A stretch of DNA of 64,000 nt from Harriotta raleighana (GCA_050575255.1 JBNZDD010013730.1:7966012-8030011), one strand, 5' to 3'; positions 25,931 through 39,090 are shown, numbered from the stretch's first letter. Notes: generated from the letters alone by a model not told the origin. Translations and numbers: made by a program.

Positions 25931-26351
25931 AGCAAAATAGCAAGATAGCAAGATTTATATTCTGCAACTACAATATACCTGTACTTTTGAAGGGAAAATA
26001 TAACTACAATTCCGTTTAAAGTCCTGTAGTCTTCTACATTATCAATATTTAGATTCACTACTGAATCCTATTGGGGATTCTTATTTGCAAGCAAAAAACT
26101 TTTACAAAATGGGAAATTTTACTTTTGACTCACCATATTTGATTGATTGTAAACTGGCATTGGATGTAAGAAAATTCTAGTGGATTGGACGTGCCAGAAA
26201 TAAGTTTGTCTTGACTTACATTGTTTGTAGAGCCAAAATACTCTCTGCCATGCCCTATTCTCTTTAAGTATTTATCTTGTTTTTTTCCCTCTCTCTTCAG
26301 TCATTGCCTGGCCTGTTTTTGCTGATTTAAAGTTTATTGTATCTTCAAGTT

Positions 26352-26600
26352 TAGAATCATAGAAGCACAGAAGGAAAACATCCTGTCACTTGTCAATCTA
26401 AACTCTTTTGAGTTTGCTTTTTGAGCTATCTGCACTCAAACCATACCCCTGCTCTTTCCCTGTGCCCTTCAATGTGACTTGTTTCTCATTGTTTATCCAA
26501 TTTCATCCAGTGATAATTATTTGTTGGCAACTTATTACTAACTTATTGATCAACAATCGTAGCCTCCCTTCATTTAACCTATCAAGAAAATAAGAATTAT
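26352..26600 (-). mobile_element. Degenerate CR1 3' end
   Basis: tagaatcatagaagcacagaagga..ctgctctttccctgtgccct..tttatccaattt parallels the 13755 copy. Confidence 0.6.
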
Positions 26601-27674
26601 TTTGATCTTTGGTGTAATTAATTCTCTCTTATAATTTTCAGAGTAAATACTTTGATGAGATATTTTTCAAAGAACAAAGTGCTTACTGAGTGGTCATCCC
26701 CAATTGATCTGCATGGAGATACAATTCATGGTTATTATATATGGAAAAAAAGATTGCCTCAAAATGATGCTTGTATTATTTAAATGAAGGCTAGATGCCT
26801 TTCCGTCTCTACCAATTCCTTGTTTCTAGGTTACAGAGAGTGAGTAGCAGTATATTTATTTTTGGACATAATTTTTTTTTCCAAATGGTGTACTACAAAG
26901 TATTTTTTTTGCTATTCGTTGCCTTTCGGTGTTTTGCTTTAAGAATGTGCCATGGAAAGAAAATCCCAATCATCTCACAATAAAAATAAAAGGCTCAAAT
27001 TTTCATACAGAATGAGATCCAGAAACCACCTACTAAATGGGGGAAAGATAGAGCATTTTAAGGTTGTCATTGATGTTTTGGAGTGAAAATATTCCTGAAA
27101 CCTTTATTTTAGAGAATGGTCTTAATAGTCTGAGAATGACCAGTAATTCTGTAAGGTGACTTGTATTGTAATATTATAAACGAAAGAAGAATACTTCATT
27201 GGCCTTTGCGGTATGAGTTCCTGGCACTGGTAATACAATATCTGTCAGTTATCCAGTAATATATTAGTCATATGTAAACGGAAATTAGTCAGATCATCTT
27301 TAATTATTGCGTCATAATTAGCTTAGTCCAGAAACATTAACAACTGCTTCAATCAAATTGTTCTGTGCTAATAACTAGTGTCTTCATGTACACTTGGTGC
27401 ATGTTAATGCAGAGCAAGCTCCAGTTGAATATTAACTTTGCATTTTAAGTACTTTCTAATATCAACCCATAATGACATTGTGCTATCATTTTTTTTCGTT
27501 TTTGCACTTACTGCAGAAGCAGTGAGAGAAATATATTCCTATTAATAAAAACAGAAAGATTGGGGTTCATTTAGCAGTACACTTGATATTTAACACACTG
27601 ATCTACAATTGCTAAGTACTGTATCACTGGTGATATTTGTAAAGCTAGCAATGTAAAATTAGATGGACAGATTA

Positions 27675-27785
27675 TAATAAGAATAATAAATATAATATTT
27701 ATACAGTGCCTTATCACATTGTTGAAATTTCACAAAGTCCTACACAAGATTTTACTGCAGACTAATGCCTGTGTATTTGTAGACA
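27675..27785 (-). mobile_element. Degenerate SINE 3' fragment
   Basis: (aat)n then atacagtgccttatcacat..caaagtcctacaca..tgtatttgtagacaa. Confidence 0.5.
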
Positions 27786-28860
27786 ATATTCCAGCTTTTC
27801 ACTGACAGTTCACAGGATCTTGGCTCCTTTCATTTTTTTTGTTTAATGAAAAGCCAGTAGCCTTCTTGTTAGAAACTATCATCCCTGAGCTCTGGATCAA
27901 AACATTACAGGCTTGATTTTCTGGTTGTCATCATTGAGACTGCTATGGGGGCAAGAGACCCAGTGAATGTTGATCGGATCGCTAAATTTATCCCGATATG
28001 TCATTCCGACATTTTCTTCAACTCTTATTTTTGCTTGAGAAATTGTTTTCTGCATTTATGAAATTATTTCACTATTTCACGGAAACATTGGAAGATTTTG
28101 CTTCACATTAATCAGCATGTTACAGGAGAACAAGCGCGGCCCATCAATTATAGGGAGAGAAGTAATTAGGACTTCAATTCCAATGAATTAACAATGCATC
28201 ATCTACTCTACAATAACTAGTATGCATGATTAACATTGACTGTATCCAGCTGCTGAATTTTTAATGAATGTGAAATTATATACACAGCTCTTAATTGACA
28301 ATAAAAACATGTAAATTTATTAGTTGATTTTAGCTGTCTTACTTAAATTGCTTGTGGCACCAAATAACATTGAACGGATATAAATACAATTTTGTGCAGT
28401 TAAACGTAGTCATTTGAGATCCGTGTGTCTGTTTATAAAATCGGTCAGGTCTTATCACATCTGATGGAAGAATTCCTGGTGCTCCTGTATTTTTCAGTGA
28501 GGTGTTCCATATTGTATAATCATTTATGATACATCACAACTAGGCAGAGTATTGTATTCCAATTGGGTCTGTAAATTTTTAAAGGTTAGGGAGGGGAGTG
28601 TGACTGTGACTCTGAATGTGTGTGTATGTGAGCGTGGAGGGACATTAGAAGGATATTTGTTCAGAGAAGAACAGTGTTACCATAGAGACTACATTTGTGT
28701 TGCATCATCCATAGCACGATTGCACAGCTTGCTGAATACAGCTCACTACTGTTCCTGAATAATAAAGTCACTACTGTATTTCTATTTAGGTTTAATGTCT
28801 CTGGTGAAGCATTTGGAATAACTTTTGGTTTCTCACACAAATAAATTCAACACATACACT

Positions 28861-29545
28861 CATAGAAAGTTTAAGCACAGCAGGATGCCATTCAAACTCA
28901 TAAACCTATCCCATGCCAGCTATCCCTACACTCTAATGGAATTCCCTCACTCTTTAAACATATCCTTGTAAAACTTTGATCTTCATGTATTTATCTAATT
29001 CCCTTTTAAATGTAGCACTTGACTCCGTTTCAATAGTCCCATGTATTTCACATCATAATAACATTTTGTGGATGTGTGCAAAAAGGAGACATCTTCTAAC
29101 ATCCCATTTTATGCTTTTGATAATAATGTTGAGTTTATGTCCCTTTACAAGAGTTTTGCTCACCCATTGAAGTGATCTTTCATTATATTCCTGCTCCAAC
29201 CGTTTCAAAACCTTGAACACTTTGATGGGATTTCCTCTTAACCCTCTCTGCTCTAGTAAATTTAGCAACAGATATATAAGATTTTCATTATAACTACAAC
29301 CTCTCATTCTTGGCATTATCCTATTACAGTATAAGTATTTTATATTGTTTCCATTGCTTTGATATCCTTTCAATCATGAGGCCATCTAAATTGCACAGAA
29401 TTCTTCATCTGTGGCTTAACCAGTGTTTTGTGCACATTATGCCTTTTATGTATTAAAAATCCCTCAAATTAAAAGCTTTTATTTTACTTACTCCACTTCA
29501 ATACCGTTTCTAAAGATCTGTATGTGTGGATCTCTTCATCTGTCT
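28861..29545 (-). mobile_element. CR1 LINE 3' fragment
   Basis: ORF 29053-29373(-) gives LLEQRGLRGNPIKVFKVLK...KGHKLNI..K..VRR (CR1 C-terminus); antisense 3' terminus catagaaagtttaagcacagcaggatgccattc at 28861. Confidence 0.85.
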
Positions 29546-30175
29546 CAAGGCTTCCATACTTTGGGTGCTATTCATAGCCCCAACCAGGTATAGTAACACA
29601 TAGAACCTATTTTTCTCTTTCCTGGATTTCCTCTCTCCTGATCTCCTGGACTCCTCAGAAAGTATAATTTAAGATGAGTGCTGCAATGCCATTGATGGCA
29701 TTCCAATTCCAATATCTAGGCATCAAGAAGGCTGGTTACTTGAAATGGTCAGTCAGATATGTATTATTAGACACTGTTGAGTTTACCTCTCTTTCTCTCT
29801 CTGCTGTCACCAGCAGCTGTCTCGACACTTTTACTATTCATTTCAGGATTTTCCATCTTATTCCCATCCTTCTCATCTTACCGTAAAGTCAACTAGGCTT
29901 TACCGCAACTAGAAACTTGAGTGACGTGATGTGATCACAAAGCTGCTAGCGTCTTCTCTTACTTCTCAGGCCTTGAGCATTTGTTGGAATCAAATAGGGA
30001 AGATCTGTAACATTAATAATGAGACAATAACGGCCCACTTCAATACTTACTCCACTTCAATACCATTTCTAAAGATCTGTATGTGTGGATCTCTTCATCT
30101 GTCTCAATGTGAAGCAAAGGCTTCCATACTTTGGGTGCTATTCATAGCCCCAACCAGGTATAGTAACACATAGAA
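29485..30175 (+). repeat. Dispersed direct repeat (29485-29605 and 30044-30175) flanking a 438-bp spacer
   Basis: Copies identical except one substitution and an 11-bp indel (tgtgaagcaaa). Confidence 0.95.
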
Positions 30176-30247
30176 TTTAAATGATTCATTTAAATGAATT
30201 GGTCATTGTTTGCTGGTCAGGGGAACAGCGTGCATGCATTTAAGATC

Positions 30248-30308
30248 CAGAACCTTGGGACATCCACCGGACTTGAAAGGCACTATACAAATGTAATTTT
30301 ATTGTTGG
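30248..30308 (+). mobile_element. L2 3' tail fragment
   Basis: ccttgggacatccaccggacttgaaaggcactatacaaatgtaattttattgttg. Confidence 0.75.
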
Positions 30309-31354
30309 ATTGTACTTGTATAAAGTTGTTCTGTGACAGTGGGTTGTAGAGGCAGCATTATGACTCCAGGCTAACACAGGTTCAACAATCCAAGTAGTAT
30401 GACTGTCCCATAACTGAGGAATCTGCCCGCCAAGAGATGGCACCTGGAGCTCTGGATATCAAAACCATCTTCTAAGCTGCTTGACACAACTACTGTTATG
30501 TCAACACTGTTACTGTTAGATTTGTAATTATTGGAAATTAAAGCATTTCTGTTATCATCTGTAGAAGGGTTAAAAGGTTAAGGTTAGCCAGAGATTGTTG
30601 TGAGGTAGTGGAGTAGAGCCTCAATGGGTCTTGAGGGGTTGAGGGCTTGACACAAGTGTGTGTGACATGGGACATATGGGTGTGAGGGCTATGTGCCTGA
30701 AGAGTGTATTGCAGAATGTCTCAAGTCTGTTCTGGTCATAAACACTGGATTTCAATAATACAATCAAAGGAATCACTGAGAAGAAATTGAGCAACTTGAG
30801 AGAAAGTGAGCTGGACGCTAATTGTATTTTGTTTGCTATTTAAATTTTGGTGTACAGAAACTCCTGTTTTTTGTTTTGTTCCTTCAACACAATTTTGAGG
30901 CGGTGCTCTTAAGAAAGATTCAAGAAATTTCGCAAGTAAAATGAGCCATAGTAGTGTTGCTGAATCATTTGTTGTGTATACCCCTAAGCACTCAGTATTC
31001 ATTGTGCATCAGTGCACTGCAGTCTGCATAATCACACTGATCATCTTATATGGGTATTTGGCATCATCTCAATTGGTTTATCATATGTACCAAATCCATC
31101 AAATATACGACACACTTGCAAAACAATACTCTGCCACCTTTAGTTGGTAAGGATTGGGGTAAAGTAGGATTATGAAATTGGGATTATGCTGTAAAGTTAG
31201 GTTGAATGTTCGCTTCTGCATTTGGGTTAAACTATTAGGATAGTTAATGATTGTAAACTCTTAATGGTGTTTTTGGATTAAGGGCTTGGCAGATGTCCGA
31301 CAGATGTACTTAACCCTGCACTTCTGAGAGTCTTTATGTGGCTGTTAAGATTTG

Positions 31355-31473
31355 TGGGTGTTTTGCCAAAAATCTACAGTCAATACACTTTACAGAATAT
31401 ATTCTGTGAAGTGCTCTGAGACGTCTAAAAGATATGAAAAGCGCTATATCAAATGCAAGGAATATTATTATTA
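31355..31473 (+). mobile_element. SINE 3' fragment
   Basis: cagtcaatacactttacag..ctgtgaagtgctctgagacgtct..gaaaagcgctatatcaaatgcaagg(att)n. Confidence 0.85.
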
Positions 31474-31895
31474 TAGGATTTAATATGCAGTGATTTCTAA
31501 CATGGCTTTAAGAACATATCAAATGGGTTTGGAAGACATATTACAAATCTCGGTCTTGTGGTAAACTAAAGCTTCATTGATCAAAATTGATTACATTTTA
31601 CAACAGATTCATGATTCTTCATCAAGCCTGCTTTTCCCTGAGATAAATCTCTCACATTATGCCATGAGAAGATGTTAACATGGCAGGTGTTTCAGGAAGT
31701 AAACATCCTCATTCTTCTATGGATTGCTTTCAATATTTTTTAGAAAGCATCGGCCTTGCAATAATTCATATATTGAAATTGTGCCAGCTTTGCATTACTT
31801 AACATAACGCAAATTTAATCACAACCATAGTGCATCTGTAATGTAAAAGTACATTGAACTGACTAGAAATAGTACGCACAAGCTACTGGCTGATG

Positions 31896-32222
31896 ATAAT
31901 AATAACAATAATAACAATAATCCTTGCATTTGATATAGCGCATTTCACATCTTATTGACGTCTCAAAGTGCTTCACAGAATGTACTATAAAGTGAATGAA
32001 CTGTATATTTGTGGGTGAAACTCGGCAGCCAATTGCACACAGCAGTGTCCCACAAACAGTCATGTATTGAAATGACCAATTTTTATTATTGTGTTTTTTT
32101 TGGAGGGATTATTATTAGGCGTGTGGAAACTTGCCCAAGGTTTCGCCCTGATCTGCCTGGATTCGAACACAGGTCTCAGGCTTGTAAGACGAGTGCTCTA
32201 ACCACTGAGCTACAGGAGCTCC
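31896..32222 (-). mobile_element. Full-length tRNA-derived SINE
   Basis: Antisense head ggattcgaacacaggtctc..gagtgctctaaccactgagctacaggagctcc with A and B boxes, Deu-like segment and (att)n tail. Confidence 0.93.
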
Positions 32223-33023
32223 ACAATCATATACACGATCATATGTACCAGCACATTTAAAAAAAAATTATTGAGTTCACCCATAATAAATATCCAAGAT
32301 ATCATTTACTAGAATAAATTGTTTTCCTTATCAAGATAATTTACTAATCGAATTCCCCCATGATGTCTAATCCTTCCCTATATCATACAATTATGGAAGT
32401 CTTGTGCCTTGATCCTTCTTTCCAAATATTAAATCTCAGTCATAACCCATAGCTCAGAGGCATCAACAGCTGGTGCTGCTGTTTAATGTCCCCTGTTTTA
32501 CGCACACTGTGGAATATATTTTTGATTTCTCTTGATATTTTAAATTAAAGTTTTCTCCTCTCCCTAAATGAATCAAGTGCAGGAGACCAGGAGACCAGAG
32601 ATTTGTAGAGCAGCAGCCTTGCTGGGATATAAATGTGAGATCAAAATGTTTTCGACACTTTCTCGCTTAGTCATTGAGTTTTGCAGCAATTGTGCTACTT
32701 CCAACACAAAACCCTGTCAGGAGAAAATGACCATATTGATTTCTGTAACTTGAGGGCACAAAGTGCAAGAATTCCTTGTCTCTTTAAATGCAAAACTAGT
32801 CAAATTCTAATCACAGGATTGGGATCTGGGGTCACCAAGAGCAAACAGTAATACAGAGCAACGCTGTAGAGGATAATAGTCAGCAATAATATGAGGATTT
32901 TTTACACTATACTGAGACAATTTTACACTCGCACTGCATTTTTAGTTTATCCATACTGCATTACTACAAATGTACAGATTTTAAAACTTGGAATTATTTT
33001 GTATGGGTACAGATGAGAGAAGA

Positions 33024-33272
33024 AACAACAACAAGAAAATTACATTTGTACGGGGCTTTTCACATCAGGAAGAAATCTTAAGGTGCTGGACAGTCAGTGT
33101 TTGAGACCTGAGCTGGGGTCAGGATCGGGGAGGGTGGAGGGGAACGGGGGCAGGGTGTGGGGAGGGGTTGGTGACCAATGGCACCGTCGAAGAGAAGGGT
33201 CTTGAGGTGGACTTGAAGGAAGCCGGGGAGAGGCCGGGGTGGAGGGATTGCAAGCGGGAATTCCAAAACAAG
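33024..33272 (-). mobile_element. L2 LINE 3' end
   Basis: aacaacaac..aaattacatttgtac..ctttcac tail; HLKTLLFD-type ORF2 end on the minus strand; G-rich antisense 3'UTR. Confidence 0.85.
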
Positions 33273-33547
33273 GAGACTGCCCACCTCTCGGATATCGTGC
33301 AGAAGAAGCAAAATAGATAGTGTTAGTGGGGGGAGCTAAGAGGCTTAGATAAGCTCAGAGTCATTCTCAGCATTGTGAAGAGATGCTTTTTTAAAATATA
33401 TATATAGCATATCCTAAATGAAATAGAAAATCAGTAACGTAATTTCAAACAAGGTGCCACAGCAAGACAAGTGAGCACAGGTTCAGGGCTCAGCAAAGCA
33501 CACTTTTTCCATATTATTAGTTACTGTTAGAATGTTCAATACATATC

Positions 33548-33614
33548 AGGGACGTCCTCCTGACGTGAAACGCGCTCTATAAGTGTAATTTTGTTGTTGT
33601 TGTTGTTGTTGTTG
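33548..33614 (+). mobile_element. L2 3' tail with (GTT)n microsatellite
   Basis: gggacgtcctcctgacgtgaaacgcgctctataagtgtaatttt(gtt)n. Confidence 0.85.
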
Positions 33615-33901
33615 TATTAGAACATTGGCTCCATTATGAATCAGTGCACGAGTCCTCATTTTTCTTTTAGTCATAGTAGAAATGGCACCATTTCAAATTG
33701 AAGGTACGAGACAAGAAGAGAAGCAGCCTGGTGTCCTAGAAGCCTGGTGACATCCTAAAAAGTAAATAAATCAGTAACTACAAGAATACTTTATTATTTT
33801 AAACAGAAAGCTTCAGATGAGATGCAAGCTTACCACACAAAAGCACAAGTCTAGCAAAGCTGCAATACATGAATAATGCTTCAATCTCATAGAGATATAT
33901 T

Positions 33902-34015
33902 GGGTGTGAAATTCCACCTAGTCTTAGCCTGTGAGACTAGCTTGTCTTAAAGTTTAAGACAGCACATATTTATGCAGAATCGTTCAATTCAGACTTAATT
34001 TGGAATCTGGGTTTT
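33902..34015 (+). mobile_element. Terminal part of a GGG-ended MITE (same family as 60707-60932)
   Basis: 33910-33933 is a perfect 24-bp reverse complement of 60901-60924; internal ttgtcttaa and aattcagacttaa also match the 60707 copy. Confidence 0.7.
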
Positions 34016-35083
34016 GTTTAAAACAGCGGTAGGTAATGTGATAATCACTACCAGGCATAATTATTACAATGCAGGAGATTCTGTTCCCAAAGATGTTGGT
34101 GATAATTACCATGTCACCACACATGACCATACTTTTTATCTCTCTGAATTGAATTCAAAGTAGAGGGGAGCTTTTCTCTGTTCTGTGGCCTGCAAGGATT
34201 TGATGCTAGGTGGACTGCAGGCCTCCATTGCCGGACACTAACATATTTTAACTTGGTGAGCACAACATTCATCCAAAAAATGTTTATAGGAAAAGATCAA
34301 AAAAACACAAAAGGCTGCAAAAAAAAATAGCCATTTAGTCTGTGATGTGGACTCCTTCCACAGGAAGATAATAATTTACTTCATTTTTACAGTAAGTCCT
34401 GAAAAGTGCTTTCAAATGTCCTTCCAATGTGAAAGACACTTTATCAAAAGTAAGGATTATCATTACAACTATCACTTCAAATTCCTGATTCAAAAAAATG
34501 AGTACGGTCATTGAGTCGATGCTGAAAACAGTTAAATGGATAAATCAACACTAACAGACTGTTGTGAATGGCTTAAAAGTCGTTCACCTTGGAAACATGG
34601 GCATAGTCGCTATCAGATGGATAGGGTACCATAATTTATTTCTTTCCCTCACAGGAAAAGTTTAAATTCTTTTCAGTCAAGATAAGGCTGAAGCTTTATG
34701 TATACTGTACATCTGATTAATTCTCCAGACTCTCTCATTTTTACATAATATCACTTACATGTGTAGTTTTCATTACAACAACAGAAAGCTGAAAAGTAAT
34801 TATTCACCGTGCAACTGATATTAGAACTTTTTTTATTTTGTTAGGTGAGAATAATTATTATTAGAAACAATCAGATTTCAGAAATGTATGTGAGTGACTA
34901 GAAAGTTCTGTTGAAATGGAATAGCTAGCAGCTTGAGCAACCACATGTTACAAGTGGATTATGCATGGAAATACAGCACTTCTGAACTACTGTGTAGGAT
35001 TTCCGATGTATGTTTTAGTAGCCACAAGCAAATTAATTTGCTCATAAATTATCTTTTATTCAAAGTAATACTACTGGGTTTTT

Positions 35084-35212
35084 CAGCGGTGTACGCATTG
35101 ATATCTTCAGAAAACAGAAAGGTCCATAATGATTACACATGTAAGGGAAGGGNCAGCGGTGTACGCATTGATATCTTCAGAAAACAGAAAGGTCCATAAT
35201 GATTGCACATGT
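35084..35212. other. Probable assembly overlap artefact around N at 35153
   Basis: About 59 bp repeated across the N with one mismatch; the first copy ends in divergent aagggaaggg. Confidence 0.85.
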
Positions 35213-35413
35213 TTTAATAGGTAAGGTAAATTCACTGTTAAAATGCATGTTAAGTTTATTTTATCCAATGTACTGTTGTTTTCATTTGCCATTGTAGTAT
35301 TTGGAAGTCAGGTAATATTAAATGTATTGCTTAAAGAGAAATCCATCAACTCTTGTAATAAATTAGTCATCCATTCAAACAACCAGAATCATCTATGAAG
35401 TGATGTTACAGTG

Positions 35414-35690
35414 TGTCATGCCAAACATCCAACTCTTCAGAATGAACAAGGGAAGTGTTTTTTGTGGTTTTTGGTAAATCTATATCAAGTGTTTAGGCAG
35501 TACCATAGGCAGGATCATGGTTGCACATAACAAAGTTACTATGGCCACTGTNTGTCATGCCAAACATCCAACTCTTCAGAATGAACAAGGGAAGTGTTTT
35601 TTATGTTTTTTGGTAAATCTATATCAAGTGTTTAGGCAGTACAATAGGCAGGATCATGGTTGCACATAACAAAGTTACTATGGCCACTGT
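35414..35690. other. Probable assembly overlap artefact around N at 35552
   Basis: 138-bp tandem copies with about 3 substitutions, split by a single N. Confidence 0.85.
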
Positions 35691-36443
35691 TTAGTGACTG
35701 AATTGATGACTGATTGCCGATGAGTAATGAACTTGTAAATATTTTGTGGAATAGCAGAGACAAAGTATAAATCATAGCTATATTTGGATAACAGCAATTA
35801 ATTGAATAAAATCTAACAATTATTTAGGACATCCAAAGTATCATGTGTTTCTTATAACTAGGTAGCTCAAATTTGCTACATTCATTGACTCTAATGATTA
35901 TTCCAGTATTAATGTAAAAAACTTATTTTGTTTTCAACAAAAGTGGGAGTCTCCCACTGTGAAATCGGCTACTGGGAGGTATTCTTGTTAAAAAATGTTT
36001 TGGCTGCTTTTTCCCTCTCTTTCTATCAGTGTTAAGATAACTTTCCACTTCTAGTCTATAGAGTCTGACTTGTAAACTGGCAAGTGTTATAACTCAAGCT
36101 GCTGACTCCAGCTACACAGGGTTAGGAGTGGTGCTAATATCACATTAGAGTGACCAACTATTGACAGAATGTTTACAAGTTTCAGAAAGCGCTCGAAATT
36201 CGCTGTGGTACTAAATAGCTGCAAATTGAATTTGGTTTGTACATATTGCTCATTTTCTTTTTGCTTAGTTTCTCCATTTCCTATAAGCCATACATCATAC
36301 CCAGGTCTTTGCCTGTACTTTCCTGAAATTTGCTGTTAGAAAGGTGCTTGACAGCAGACAATGATGATTGATTCTTCGATCATCCATCCTACTCTGTGCA
36401 ACGAACCTCCTGCTGCTTAGCACTCACAATTGTTGTCTAGACA

Positions 36444-36515
36444 ACTTGAGCTCATGGTGTAGAGTGAAACTCCAGTGCAGGAATGAGGGGGTATTGCATT
36501 ATCAGATGTATGTTC
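36444..36515 (+). mobile_element. DeuSINE/SacSINE1-like internal fragment
   Basis: acttgagctc..gtgaaactccagtgcaggaatgagggggtattgcattatcaga resembles recalled ACTTGAGCAC..CTGACACTCCAGTGCAGTACTGAGGGAGTGCTGCACTGTCGGA. Confidence 0.55.
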
Positions 36516-36727
36516 TATTGTTGGGGGAGAAGGGATTGGGGGAAGAGGGAAAGAACACCTTCCCACAAACAAGGAAGGAAACTTGGAGAATGAGAGATCA
36601 CCCAATCTGTGCAGTAACAATGACCTGATCCCACATTATCCAGGGTGTGTTATCAGCCTTGAGACAACTTGACAGAAAAAAATGGCCAATTATTTTGATG
36701 AATGCTTGGTGACTCTTGTAGATGATA

Positions 36728-36975
36728 AACACCAACTTGGACTAGACAAGCCATATAGCCTGTTTCTGTGCTGTAACAGTGTATGTAATTCTAATAATGA
36801 TATTAATCCTCGCATTTAATGTTGGGAGGATATCTCAAAGCGTTGTACAGGATTCATGGTAAATTAGTATTTTGTAGGTGAAGGATTCTTGGTAACTGGT
36901 ACTCTCTTTACAGCAACAACAAAATTGTGTTTATAGAGCACCTTTCACGTGGAGAGGATGTCCCAATGCGCTGAA
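36728..36975. mobile_element. Cluster of three retroposon tails (CR1 +, SINE -, L2 -)
   Basis: gcctgtttctgtgctgtaac..attcta (CR1); aatcctcgcattta..atctcaaagcgtt (SINE); gcaacaacaaaattgtgtttatagagcacctttcacg..gtcccaatgcgct (L2). Confidence 0.65.
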
Positions 36976-38763
36976 ATTATACTTTGTTTGCTTGAGTGTG
37001 CACGTAACAAGGCCTAGAGTAAATGACTGATGCTTCTAAAGAACCCTTTTGTCTTTGGTCATCTTCTCTGAATAAATTAGGTGGGATATTCTTACTTTAC
37101 TGTCGGTTCAACCCTGTAGGTGATCTTATGCACAAGCACTCATTACATTTTTTCAATGCATCTCAGCTACAGAAGTAGCTGGGGTAAAGTGGGCTGCACA
37201 ATCCGCTGGTATTGATAAGTGAATTCTATGTAAGACTTTTTGTGAAGTATTATAAAATCAATAGCAGTCAGACACATAGTCACTAAAATGAGTCACCTCC
37301 TGCAGAATACTTTGAGGCCATTGCTTTATTAAACAGAATGTGTTCAGGCAATGAATATTCACATTTCACAAATTCATCCTCTGCAGAGTCTTAACGATCT
37401 ACCCTCTGAAATACCACCATTTTTTACAAACCTGACAATATTCACCTTCAATCAAATATGTCAAACTTGGGTAGCTTTGTGAAAAATTATCCATCTGTTA
37501 TGTTTATGTTTGGCATTATACACTATGTGGTGAAATGTAAACTTTTCAGGAACAAATGTCTGCCACTCTGGATAATGCAAATTGAAATTTTTTATGAAAT
37601 GCTGAAAAACAACATTGAGCGTTGCTTAATTCTTATGGAGTGTAATAAATTAAGCTTGCTGTATACCAAGTTATACTGCTGGAATTACCCAAACACTATA
37701 TACAGTTGTTAATGCAAATAGTAAAAACTAGATCACTCACTAATGGTACTACTTACATAGGAATTAATACGTGCCAAGGTTATAAAGAAACATAAGCTAG
37801 TCTTTTTCCAGTAATTATCTATAATTTTCCTGTCCTTTTAAATGGTACAATAGTACTAGATATTGATATACTGTTAACGCAATCTGTATGGACTGTCAAT
37901 CAGGTTATTGATATCATTGCTATCCTTGGAACTACCAGGACCTTTACATATCAACTCTACCAGTAGATGTGAGTGAAGGACAGGATCACTGAATACATGA
38001 ATAATATTAATGTTGTCTTTATTACGCTGGTTGTGAAGTTGTTTCATTCCAGTGTTAGTTCAATGTATACTCCCTGCTTCACATCACTTTGAATTGGTGG
38101 TATAAGGTGGGAAAAGCATACAATAAATTGATTTACTTAGATTTTCATTCTGCATTTCTATTGCTAACCCCTACTGGAAAGTGATTAGGACACAATCCAA
38201 TCATCTCAATTGTGAAGTCCCACCACTATTTGAATGGTACATCACTGACTAGGCGTATATTGTACATGTAAAACGGTTTCTGGAGACTGATGGCAGTATG
38301 CGAGTTGTCGTCACTTGTGGAACCATCCTCCTGCTTTCCAGAGAAGTGGAAGAAAGATTTCCAATTCTGAACGTGAAACGCTTTTCCATTTTTATTGTCT
38401 CTTGTCGATATTAAGTACGCACTCACACACCAGCTACACTTTGCCAAGTCGAAAATTTACGCAATACTAATGGTGTAGTAATACGAAGATAATGTACTGC
38501 TTCAGAACAGATGACCATGGACAAAAAGGTTCTTTAGAAGTATCAGTCATTTACTCGAGGCCTTGTCAGTGTGAGATACTCTTTGTTATGTGTACACTCA
38601 AGCATTATTGGTATAATGTCACATGCCATAAAGAAGAGGTTTTTTTTGACTGAATTAGTGCAACATTTCTATTCCTCACATCAATCTATAGGCACCAGAT
38701 CTATGAGTGGGGTTGGCAGCTAAATAACAGTTTGTTCAAAATTATAACTAGCTGTGTTGTTGT

Positions 38764-39090
38764 GCCTTGGGCTTGTGCCCATTGACAACTAGACCAAAAC
38801 TGTCCACATTTATTTCACTTCAATGGAAGAAAGATCAATCTGGAATGGCTTTGAAGGTAACTTTGGGCTTTAAACATTTGATCATAGGCCTATTAATAGG
38901 AAAATCAATGAAGAACTGCATGAGATCCTACCNGCCTTGGGCTTGTGCCCATTGACAACTAGACCAAAACTGTCCACATTTATGGAAGAAGGATCAATCT
39001 GGAATGGCTTTGAAGGTAACTTTGGGCTTTAAACATTTGATCATAGGCCTATTAATAGGAAAATCGATGAAGAACTGCATGAGATCCTAC
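38764..39090. other. Probable assembly overlap artefact around N at 38933
   Basis: About 165-bp tandem copies differing by an 11-bp indel and 2 substitutions. Confidence 0.85.
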
